A stretch of 50,970 nt of DNA from Elusimicrobiota bacterium (lineage in GTDB: Bacteria; Elusimicrobiota; Elusimicrobia; UBA1565; UBA9628). Within the stretch, counting starts at the first letter, position 1. Each line of letters opens with the position of its first letter. Of this stretch, positions 38,852-46,307 are shown in pieces. The stretch spans positions 1 through 50,970 of the forward strand of contig DAHVNA010000012.1 of the NCBI GenBank assembly GCA_027319565.1, given 5' to 3'. The translations under genes were made by a program, and so were the position numbers. The notes below the pieces were generated by a model that saw only the letters and a program-made list of their open reading frames with translations, made no database searches and was not told the origin of the DNA.

Positions 38852-39204
38852 TATTTTTCCGCCTGCATCGCCACCGGCGCGTGAACGGCATGACCAGCGA
38901 CAGCCACTACATCAAAAGAAGGTCCGGCGATTAAAAAAAGAACAAAAAAGACTGTCACGCCCAAAAGCCCATAAATAATAACCCGCTCGCCTTTTAAATG
39001 CATAAACACCGCAGCCACCAAGGCGGATTTTAAGGTCGCAATCGCCAAGGCCACCGCCACCGCCATTTTAATGGGCAAATGCCAATAAGAAACCAAAACG
39101 GTGACAACCGTTAAAAAAAGAAGCGCGCCAAAAACCGTCATATAGGCCCGGACATTCGGGCCATGGGAAGAGTGCTCGTTTGACGCGACTGCGTTTGCGC
39201 TCAT
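38851..39204 (-). CDS. Cytochrome c oxidase subunit IV family protein
   Basis: Start re-called at ATG 39204 with SD GGAGG. YMTVFGALLFLT, KSALVAAVFMHLK. Confidence 0.9.
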   Translation of the reverse strand: MSANAVASNEHSSHGPNVRAYMTVFGALLFLTVVTVLVSYWHLPIKMAVAVALAIATLKSALVAAVFMHLKGERVIIYGLLGVTVFFVLFLIAGPSFDVVAVAGHAVHAPVAMQAEK

Positions 39205-39215
39205 ATTGCCTCCAA

Positions 39216-39821
39216 CTACAGCAGGTATAAGGCCGGAAACAAGAATATCCAAACGATATCGACAAAATGCCAATAAAGTCCGGCGCCTTCAACGCGGCCT
39301 AAGAAAAGCGGGTGATCAAAGTCGGTTCTTGAAAGATAAAGCAAGGTCGAGTTGACAATAATTCCGCCGATGACATGAAGACCGTGAAGGCCGGTCAAGG
39401 TAAAATAGACGGCATGAAAAATGGAAGTAGACGGAAACTCATTGTGGCGGAAATGAGCGCTGTATTCAATTCCCTTGTTGATTAAAAAGACAAAGGCCAG
39501 AAAAATAGTCAGAGACATATAGGTTTGAAAACCCTTGAGATTTTTTTCATGCGCTTTGGCATAAGCCATGACCATCGTAACGCTGGAGGTGATCAAAACA
39601 AAGGTATTGATCATGCCAAGGGGCACGTTTAAAACATCCCAGCCGCGAGGCCAGGTGGCCGCGCCGAGCCTTAAAACGATATAGGTCGTAAACAAAGTCG
39701 AGAAAAGCATGATCTCGGAGGCTAAAAAAAGCCAGATCCCGAGTTTGGCGTTAGTGACTCCGGTGGATTCTCCAGGCTGATGGACCAGGTTGTGATCAGA
39801 AACGGCAGTGGCGGAACTCAT
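39216..39821 (-). CDS. ctaE: Cytochrome c oxidase subunit III
   Basis: GIWLFLASEIMLF, TGLHGLHV, GLYWHFVDIVW. Confidence 0.95.
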   Translation of the reverse strand: MSSATAVSDHNLVHQPGESTGVTNAKLGIWLFLASEIMLFSTLFTTYIVLRLGAATWPRGWDVLNVPLGMINTFVLITSSVTMVMAYAKAHEKNLKGFQTYMSLTIFLAFVFLINKGIEYSAHFRHNEFPSTSIFHAVYFTLTGLHGLHVIGGIIVNSTLLYLSRTDFDHPLFLGRVEGAGLYWHFVDIVWIFLFPALYLL

Positions 39822-39822
39822 G

Positions 39823-41547
39823 TTAAGCTAAAACCTCCTCGTTTTGAGGCACCCAATCCGTTTTGTGCCCGGCCGGAGAATACTCATAGGGACCGTGATA
39901 AACGCGAATAGGTTTTGTGAAATTGCCATGCGGCGGCGGGGAAGGACAAGCCCAATCCAAGGTCGTCGCCTGCCAGGGATTGTCACCTGTCTTTTCGCCA
40001 TGCCAGATGCTGTGGAAAAAATTATAGATAAACGGCAATTGCGCCAAGAAAAGAAGTCCCGCAAAAGCAGAGCTGACGACATGAAGAGGTTGGGTCGGAA
40101 CGCTGTGCAAAGCCGCCATCGGATCATAATAGCGGCGATCTTGGCCGGCGAGTCCCTGAATAAACATCGGGAAAAACACGCCGTTCATGCAAATAAGGCT
40201 CAGCCAAAAATGCCAGTGTCCCAAGGTGTCATTCATTTTTCGCCCGAACCATTTGGGAAACCAATAATAAACCCCTCCCATCAACGCCAAAAGCGATCCC
40301 GGAACCACTATATAATGAAAATGGCCGATGATGTAATAAGTGTCATGCAAATAAATATCGGTCACGGTCAGGCCCAAAGGCAGACCCGTCAATCCTCCGA
40401 TTCCAAACATCGGCAAAAACGCTAAGGCAAAAAGCATCGGGGTCGTAAAACGAATAGAGCCTCCACGCAAGCTGAAAACGAAACTCGTCAAAATGGCGAC
40501 CGACGGCACCGAAATAATCATCGTCGTCACCAAGAAAAAGTCGCTTAAAACCGCGCTCATGCCGCTGATAAACATATGGTGCGCCCAGACGACAAAGGCC
40601 AGAATCCCGATTGCAATCATGGATCCCACGATCACGTTATAGCCATGAATGGGCTTTCGGGTATTGTTGGCGATGATTTCCGAAACAATTCCCATCGCCG
40701 GAAGCAAAAGAACATAGACCTCGGGATGGGCCAAAAACCAGAAAAGGTGCTGCCATAAAAGCGGTTGCCCGCCACCCGAGGCGATATGCCGCATCCCTAA
40801 AATGACCAGGCCTTGCGGAAGATAAAAACTCGTGTGGGCGATGCGGTCCATCAACTGTAAAACTGAAGCGGCTTCGAGAGGTGGGAAGGCGAGTAAAAGA
40901 AGGAAAGCCGTCACGATCTGGGCCCAGACAAAAATTGGAAGGCGAGAGAGTTTCATCCCTTGAGCGCGTAAGTTAAAGGAAGTGACCAAGAAATTAATTG
41001 CTCCCAGAAGAGAAGAAGTAATCAGCATGACCATCGCGAAAAGCCAAACGGTCTGCCCAGGATTAATGATGGCCAAGGGTGGATAAGAGGTCCATCCCGA
41101 TTGAGCCGCCCCTCCCGGAAGAATGAAAGAAGAAAGCATCAAAAGTCCGCCCAAAAGAAAAAACCAGTAGCTCGCAAGATTAAGACGAGGAAACGCCATG
41201 TCTTCCGCGCCAATCTGAAGCGGAAGAACGTAATTGCCGAATCCGCCGACGCCCAAGGGAACGATTCCCAAGAAAACCATGATGGTTCCATGCATCGCGC
41301 CCAAGGCATTGTAAAAGTCCGGCGTCATGACGCCGTTGGGAGCCAAGTTGGGAGAAAGAATCCGGCCCAAAAAGGGAATCGGACTGCCTGGGAAAGCCAA
41401 CTGCCAGCGCATAAGGAGCATCAGCATGAAACCGCACAATAAAAACACAAGAGCGGTAATGGTATAAAGGAGGCCGATGACCTTGTGATCGGTGGAAAAA
41501 AAATAACGATAAAAGGGTTTGGATGATGAATGAGAATCTTGACTCAT
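39823..41547 (-). CDS. ctaD: Cytochrome c oxidase subunit I (A-family)
   Basis: STDHKVIG, MHGTIM, HLFWFLAHPEVY, VWAHHM, HDTYYIIGHFHY. Confidence 0.98.
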   Translation of the reverse strand: MSQDSHSSSKPFYRYFFSTDHKVIGLLYTITALVFLLCGFMLMLLMRWQLAFPGSPIPFLGRILSPNLAPNGVMTPDFYNALGAMHGTIMVFLGIVPLGVGGFGNYVLPLQIGAEDMAFPRLNLASYWFFLLGGLLMLSSFILPGGAAQSGWTSYPPLAIINPGQTVWLFAMVMLITSSLLGAINFLVTSFNLRAQGMKLSRLPIFVWAQIVTAFLLLLAFPPLEAASVLQLMDRIAHTSFYLPQGLVILGMRHIASGGGQPLLWQHLFWFLAHPEVYVLLLPAMGIVSEIIANNTRKPIHGYNVIVGSMIAIGILAFVVWAHHMFISGMSAVLSDFFLVTTMIISVPSVAILTSFVFSLRGGSIRFTTPMLFALAFLPMFGIGGLTGLPLGLTVTDIYLHDTYYIIGHFHYIVVPGSLLALMGGVYYWFPKWFGRKMNDTLGHWHFWLSLICMNGVFFPMFIQGLAGQDRRYYDPMAALHSVPTQPLHVVSSAFAGLLFLAQLPFIYNFFHSIWHGEKTGDNPWQATTLDWACPSPPPHGNFTKPIRVYHGPYEYSPAGHKTDWVPQNEEVLA

Positions 41548-42318
41548 TTAAAAGGCCTCGCTTGCGGGAACGCTGGCGATCTGGGGCTCGCGACTCTTAA
41601 GCCAGGCGTCATAATCGGCCTGACTTTGGACAATGACTTTTCCGCGCATAAAACTGTGCGCCATGCCGCAAAGTTGAGCGCAAGAAATCTCGAAAGCCCC
41701 GATTTTTGTCGGCGTCACCCAGACTGGAATTTTCATTCCCGGCACCGCGTCTTGTTTGAGTCTAAATTCCGGAATAAAAAGGCTATGGATGACGTCCATC
41801 GAGGTCAGTTCAATAATCGTGGGTTTGTTGACGGGCAAATGCAATTCATTGGCGATGACGATATCATCCTTAGCCGCCGGATCGTTATAATCAAGCCCGA
41901 TGGGATTGGAGAAATGAACATACTTAGGATCGGTCTTTCCAAATTTGCCGTCAGGACCTGGGTAGTGGATATTCCAGGACCATTGTTGAGCCTCAATGGC
42001 CACCATGTTTGCTTTTCCAGAAGGAGGAGTGTCGATTTTAATCTTACTCCAAACTGGAATCGCGTAAACCGCGATCAAAACGATCTCAAAAACCATGACG
42101 ATGATGTCAGGAATGAGACTCTTAACCACTCCGTGCGATTCATCGCGCTGGGCCGAGACTCCAGTTTTTTTTCGGTATTTAATCAGAAGATAGGTAAAGA
42201 AAACGCCCCAGATGATAAAAATTAGGATCATGACGGCGTGAATGAGATAGATTCCGAAATCGATACTTCCGGCGTAACTTGACGCGCCAAGAGGCAGGCC
42301 CCAACCGTATTGCTTCAT
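41548..42318 (-). CDS. ctaC: Cytochrome c oxidase subunit II (CuA)
   Basis: Start re-called at ATG 42318. QQWSW, DVIHS, CAQLCGMAHSFM. No fused cytochrome c. Confidence 0.96.
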   Translation of the reverse strand: MKQYGWGLPLGASSYAGSIDFGIYLIHAVMILIFIIWGVFFTYLLIKYRKKTGVSAQRDESHGVVKSLIPDIIVMVFEIVLIAVYAIPVWSKIKIDTPPSGKANMVAIEAQQWSWNIHYPGPDGKFGKTDPKYVHFSNPIGLDYNDPAAKDDIVIANELHLPVNKPTIIELTSMDVIHSLFIPEFRLKQDAVPGMKIPVWVTPTKIGAFEISCAQLCGMAHSFMRGKVIVQSQADYDAWLKSREPQIASVPASEAF

Positions 42319-42399
42319 CGCTTTTATTGAAACAAATTTAAACTCCCAACGCAAATTTTATGACGGAAGTTCAAGAGGGTTGGGTCATATTACAGGGGA

Positions 42400-43005
42400 T
42401 TACGGTTCTAAGGATTGGAGTTGGTTTTTTGGATTTTGACTTTTCATCCGCGCAAGCCGGGGTTTTTCCCAAAGTCCGGCCTCTCCTCCGGCTTCTTGGC
42501 AGACAGAGGACAGCTCATCCAGATGATTTTTTAGGCAAGCGGAGACCCCTTTTTCAGTTGTCTCTTGATAACAGAGGCTTAAAATCTGTGGCTTACAGGA
42601 ATTCCACACAAGGGTCCGATAAGCGTAATGTCGAATTTGAGACATTTGTTTACGACAAGAAAAAGAGAGTCTATTCTGGTAATTTAAAAGGCATTGCGAT
42701 GCGGGGCCATAGGAATTCATCTGGCCTTGGCAAAACCGGGTCAAATCCCGAGCGCACGCGTTAAGAAGGCGCGCAGCCTTTTGGTGGGCGACGGACACTT
42801 TTTTTCGACAATCCGCCGAGAGTCGGCTCTTATGTTTCTCAAGACAACGCAATCTTTCCGGCATCGTTTGAGCATCCCGGCAAAATTGATAAATTTCCTG
42901 CCCGCACCAATGGTGGTCAGTTTGAACGGGTTGAGAGGAAGCGGCAGAAATTGAAAGCTGATTAAAACTCAAAGCGAGAAAAAACATCATCATTAATCTC
43001 ATCAT
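42400..43005 (-). CDS. Exported cysteine-rich repeat protein (GLG1/Cys_rich_FGFR-like, 3 repeats)
   Basis: SD AGGAGG, signal peptide, three C-x6-C...CL-x6-LS-x2-C units. Confidence 0.75.
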   Translation of the reverse strand: MMRLMMMFFLALSFNQLSISAASSQPVQTDHHWCGQEIYQFCRDAQTMPERLRCLEKHKSRLSADCRKKVSVAHQKAARLLNACARDLTRFCQGQMNSYGPASQCLLNYQNRLSFSCRKQMSQIRHYAYRTLVWNSCKPQILSLCYQETTEKGVSACLKNHLDELSSVCQEAGGEAGLWEKPRLARMKSQNPKNQLQSLEP

Positions 43006-43034
43006 CAAATCCTCCTAATAAAGGATAAAGGCCA

Positions 43035-43781
43035 CTACATGCAAATAAAGCTACAAATAGCGTTATTAGCCGTTCCAGTCCATTGATAATTTCCCGGCGA
43101 TCCGCTATATGAAACCTGGCAACCTTGTCCAGCTCCCCCACTTTTAGATGGAGCAGTATCAGCTACCAAAGATATAATGCAGAGTTGATAAGGCCCACCT
43201 AGAGGGTAACTATTCTTTCCGCAATTCCCTCCACCTGTACAGCCATCTGGGCCAAAGCTAGTTAGTGCCGATGATGATGCTTGCCATTGCCCATCCCCCA
43301 CATTATCGGTTGCCGTCCAGACCGATCCGGGTTGGACGCCGTTGGGAGGAGTATTAATCCGCAATGGAGTCGGATAATAGGTACTGCACCCATAAGAACC
43401 AACACAGTGCGTGATTCCAGATCCTGCCTCTATGTCCAGCATGGCTTGCGGCGTCGTGGTATTAATCCCGACGTTCCCATTCATCACCGCCAGTTTTGTT
43501 CCTGGAGAAACGCCAGAATTACTGCCCAACTCGACAAAACTGGTCGCCCCGCTTGACTGAGGATCCCGCGCAAGCCAGGTATTTCCAATGGTCACCATAT
43601 TGTTATAAGCCCCGGCGGGGGCGGGATAATAGGTGGTCAGTGTCACTGATTCTGTCGCGATGGGAGAAACTAATAAGGCCAAAAACGCGGCGGATAGAAG
43701 AAAAGCCGTTTGCCCGCGCGTGAGCTGAAGCCGAAGGTGGAACTCGTGGAGATGAATCTCTTTTCTTGAGTTCTCCGTCAT
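43035..43781 (-). CDS. Surface fibre/adhesin-like protein with TLTTYYPAP motif and Cys-rich C-terminus
   Basis: Start re-called at ATG 43781. Hydrophobic segment, then ESVTLTTYYPAPAGAY and GNVGINTTTPQAMLDI fibre motif. Confidence 0.65.
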   Translation of the reverse strand: MTENSRKEIHLHEFHLRLQLTRGQTAFLLSAAFLALLVSPIATESVTLTTYYPAPAGAYNNMVTIGNTWLARDPQSSGATSFVELGSNSGVSPGTKLAVMNGNVGINTTTPQAMLDIEAGSGITHCVGSYGCSTYYPTPLRINTPPNGVQPGSVWTATDNVGDGQWQASSSALTSFGPDGCTGGGNCGKNSYPLGGPYQLCIISLVADTAPSKSGGAGQGCQVSYSGSPGNYQWTGTANNAICSFICM

Positions 43782-43791
43782 AGGTCTTACA

Positions 43792-43820
43792 AGTTTATCC
43801 CCTCTACCATCCTTTGTCAA
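43792..43820 (-). promoter_or_regulatory. Sigma70-type promoter
   Basis: Minus strand: TTGACA (43820-43815), 17 nt, TAAACT (43797-43792), 10 nt before ATG 43781. Confidence 0.75.
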
Positions 43821-43875
43821 GGGGAAAATCCTTCCATTTTAAAGAGTATCGGGATAGGCCTTTTGCCGGAAAGGG

Positions 43876-43921
43876 CCTAGGCCTTTGGACCCAGGCCAAT
43901 AACCCTCTTGTCAATTACCAT
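43876..43921 (+). promoter_or_regulatory. Conserved 20-bp box B plus -10 element upstream of LOG gene
   Basis: CCTAGGCCTTTGGACCCAGG (43876-43895), 20 nt, TACCAT (43916-43921), 6 nt, ATG. Weaker second site TAGGCCTTTTGCCGGA at 43855. Confidence 0.75.
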
Positions 43922-43927
43922 CTTGTT

Positions 43928-45127
43928 ATGAAAATACAAAAACCCCGCTTCAAAACAATCCTTCTTGTGATCATCTCAATTCTGAGCGCTAGGACCTCTT
44001 TTGCGGTCTTAGAAGCTCCTCAAGAGCGCGCCGCGGATGAAACCACCTCTGTTTTGCCCGCGATGATTCCGCAAAATTCCTTCTCTCTGCCGGAAAGTTC
44101 TTTGAACGAAAGCTCTCTTGAAGAGCCCATTTTAACGGACGAACGGGAAATTCCTGAAATCCCCCCAGCGCTCAAACAAATATCCCAACCCGCGCTTTTG
44201 CCGACGCGCGATGAAAAGACTCCTGTCGTGGGTGAGATTTCGCAACCTGCTTCCGGCAATATTCTCAAAAAGTCCGCGCGAAAAGCAGATTCTCCGCTAA
44301 ACCAATTGTCTAGTTCCTTAAAAAAATCAAACTCCCTGTGGGCTCTTTCTCATTTTATAGATGGAACTCAAAGATATCCCGCCGCGGATATCGGCGAAGG
44401 CGAAAGATTCGCCCGCGAAATCGTGGAAGCTCCGCAAGAGATTCAAAAGAAAGGCGTTGTCGCCTCAATTACCGTTTTCGGCAGCGCACGGCTGATTCCT
44501 CAAACCCAGGCCAGACACGCTCATCGAGAGGCCTTAGCGACAGCCAGACTCAATCCTAATGACCCCAAGGCGCAAGAAGCGCTTAAATTAGCCCGACAAA
44601 ATTTAAGGATGTCTAAGTATTATGAAGAGGCCTACCGGTTTGGACAAATCGTTGCGCGGGAAAGCGTCGGAAAAATCGCCGTCGCCACCGGCGGCGGCCC
44701 CGGCATCATGGAAGCGGCTAACCGCGGGGCTTTTGAGGCCGGCGGGACCTCCATCGGACACACCATTCGACTTCCGCACGAAGAATCCTCAAACCCCTAT
44801 ATCACCCGCGGACTTAACTTCATTTATGATAATTTCGCTCCCAGAAAAATCAATCTCCGCCGCGGAGCGGTCGCTCTCGCGTTTTTCCCCGGCGGTTTTG
44901 GGACGATGGACGAACTTTTTGAAACCCTGACCTTAATTCAAACCGGGAAAATCCCGCGCGTTCCCATCGTCCTGGTCGGGAAAAAATATTGGAATCAAAT
45001 TCTTAATTTCAAGTCTTTCTCGAAAATGGGAGTCATCTCGCCGGAAGACCTTTCGCTTTTTAAAATCGTAGACACCGCCGATGAGGCCTGGGCTTATTTG
45101 ACCGCGCAAGAAAAACCCGCTCATTAA
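43928..45127 (+). CDS. LOG family (TIGR00730-like) nucleotide phosphoribohydrolase with signal peptide and low-complexity extension
   Basis: Start re-called at ATG 43928. ITVFGSAR, TGGGPGIMEAANRGA, FPGGFGTMDELFE. Confidence 0.9.
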   Translation: MKIQKPRFKTILLVIISILSARTSFAVLEAPQERAADETTSVLPAMIPQNSFSLPESSLNESSLEEPILTDEREIPEIPPALKQISQPALLPTRDEKTPVVGEISQPASGNILKKSARKADSPLNQLSSSLKKSNSLWALSHFIDGTQRYPAADIGEGERFAREIVEAPQEIQKKGVVASITVFGSARLIPQTQARHAHREALATARLNPNDPKAQEALKLARQNLRMSKYYEEAYRFGQIVARESVGKIAVATGGGPGIMEAANRGAFEAGGTSIGHTIRLPHEESSNPYITRGLNFIYDNFAPRKINLRRGAVALAFFPGGFGTMDELFETLTLIQTGKIPRVPIVLVGKKYWNQILNFKSFSKMGVISPEDLSLFKIVDTADEAWAYLTAQEKPAH

Positions 45128-45157
45128 AAAATCTCCAAAAGCCGCCTCGGACAAAAG
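45057..45157 (+). repeat. Direct repeat, left copy (LOG 3' end plus downstream)
   Basis: Aligns with 46173-46269. Exact 18-mer TTTGACCGCGCAAGAAAA at 45097 and 46209. Confidence 0.85.
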
Positions 45158-45242
45158 CCGTTTCGAAAAAAAAAAAAATGGCAAGGACTCATCCAAAACT
45201 TGGTATTGAAATGGATTTAAAATTAAATCACAGGGGGAATAT

Positions 45243-46085
45243 CTAAAATCTTTTTAAGCTGATATTGAAGAAAAGAGAATTGGCATGTGGAAAATAAGTG
45301 GCTTGCTCCCAGTAGGAATATGAAAGAGAAATCGTGCCTAGTTTTAAGTTGAGGGCCAAACCTGCAGTGTATGAGTCCCAGCTTGGCAATCCAAGTCGCA
45401 AGGTCGTGTGGACGTAAGAAATAAACGGAGATATTCCGCCGAACAAAGGATTGGATTGAAGATTTATTTTTGAACTAATGTCTGGCCATAATCCCCAGAA
45501 AGGCGCGGCCATTCCGCCGATTTCTTGATCAAACACTGCCCTGATGTCTGTAAGATCGGGGTTTTTATCGTAGAAAGATTGGACTGACTCTAATTCTATT
45601 TTGCCCCAATCAATGTCCCAATGGATCTTTTCAAGGACGTCAGTTTGAGCGTTTACAGCGCTAGCGGTTGTATTATTTTGATTGTCCCAATAGTTAATTC
45701 GCGTGAGCCCTCCCGATACGCGCAGATGATTGTCCATTAGAGGAAAGCTGTTTTCCAGCTGAAAAAAAGAATTGCCATAACCATTATTGCTGGGGGTCAA
45801 GCCAATGAGTGCCTGAAGTGTTTGAGATTTAAATTGATGTTCGGCGCTCAGAGCTGTCGTTTGATAGTCACCATGAGTGAAATCGGCATAATAGTTGGAA
45901 AAAGATATTCCGAATCCGCTTTTGGAGGAATTCCAAGTGGCATTCCAGTTGAACTGATTCCAACCGCTATCTCCAGAAAGGGGCGCCACCTCGCTATAAT
46001 CTAAACTCAAATGAGCAAAGGCAGAGATCGGCAGTAGAAGAAGCGCTAGAAGAATCAACAAAAAATTCCCTATGATTTTTCTCAT
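45243..46085 (-). CDS. Putative outer-membrane beta-barrel protein
   Basis: Start re-called at ATG 46085. Signal peptide ending AFA-H, amphipathic aromatic-rich strands, terminal FNISLKRF beta-signal. Confidence 0.7.
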   Translation of the reverse strand: MRKIIGNFLLILLALLLLPISAFAHLSLDYSEVAPLSGDSGWNQFNWNATWNSSKSGFGISFSNYYADFTHGDYQTTALSAEHQFKSQTLQALIGLTPSNNGYGNSFFQLENSFPLMDNHLRVSGGLTRINYWDNQNNTTASAVNAQTDVLEKIHWDIDWGKIELESVQSFYDKNPDLTDIRAVFDQEIGGMAAPFWGLWPDISSKINLQSNPLFGGISPFISYVHTTLRLGLPSWDSYTAGLALNLKLGTISLSYSYWEQATYFPHANSLFFNISLKRF

Positions 46086-46094
46086 GAGTGACTT

Positions 46095-46140
46095 ATGATA
46101 CCACGCCCCAAGGAAAATGACATGGGCCAAAAGGCCTAGG
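46095..46140 (-). promoter_or_regulatory. Conserved 20-bp box C plus -10 element upstream of barrel gene
   Basis: Minus strand: CCTAGGCCTTTTGGCCCATG (46140-46121), 20 nt, TATCAT (46100-46095), 9 nt, ATG. Confidence 0.75.
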
Positions 46141-46172
46141 ATCCTGAGCAATTAATCGGCATAAATTCTGGA

Positions 46173-46269
46173 TTTTCAAACAGCAAACACCGATGAAGTC
46201 TGGACTTCTTTGACCGCGCAAGAAAATCTCGCGCGCTAAAGAATCTTGACCAACCTCCTCGGGCAAACG
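46173..46269 (+). pseudogene. Decayed duplicate of the LOG gene 3' end
   Basis: Translates FQTANTDEVWTSLTAQENLAR* versus LOG FKIVDTADEAWAYLTAQEKPAH*. Confidence 0.8.
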
Positions 46270-46307
46270 GCGCGCCCGCTGCCGGATGTGCTAAAATTCA
46301 AGACGAA

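Noticed and set aside
42360..42374. TTGAACTTCCGTCAT upstream of the oxidase operon as an FNR box
   Set aside because: Spacer is 7 nt rather than the TTGA-N6-TCAA geometry, and the half-sites are poor.
43035..43300. Diversity-generating retroelement target in the Cys-rich C-terminus
   Set aside because: No template repeat with adenine-specific mismatches and no reverse transcriptase in the window.
45166..45178. A13 homopolymer as a phase-variation switch
   Set aside because: It lies between convergent gene 3' ends, not in a CDS or promoter. More likely terminator-related or a sequencing artefact.
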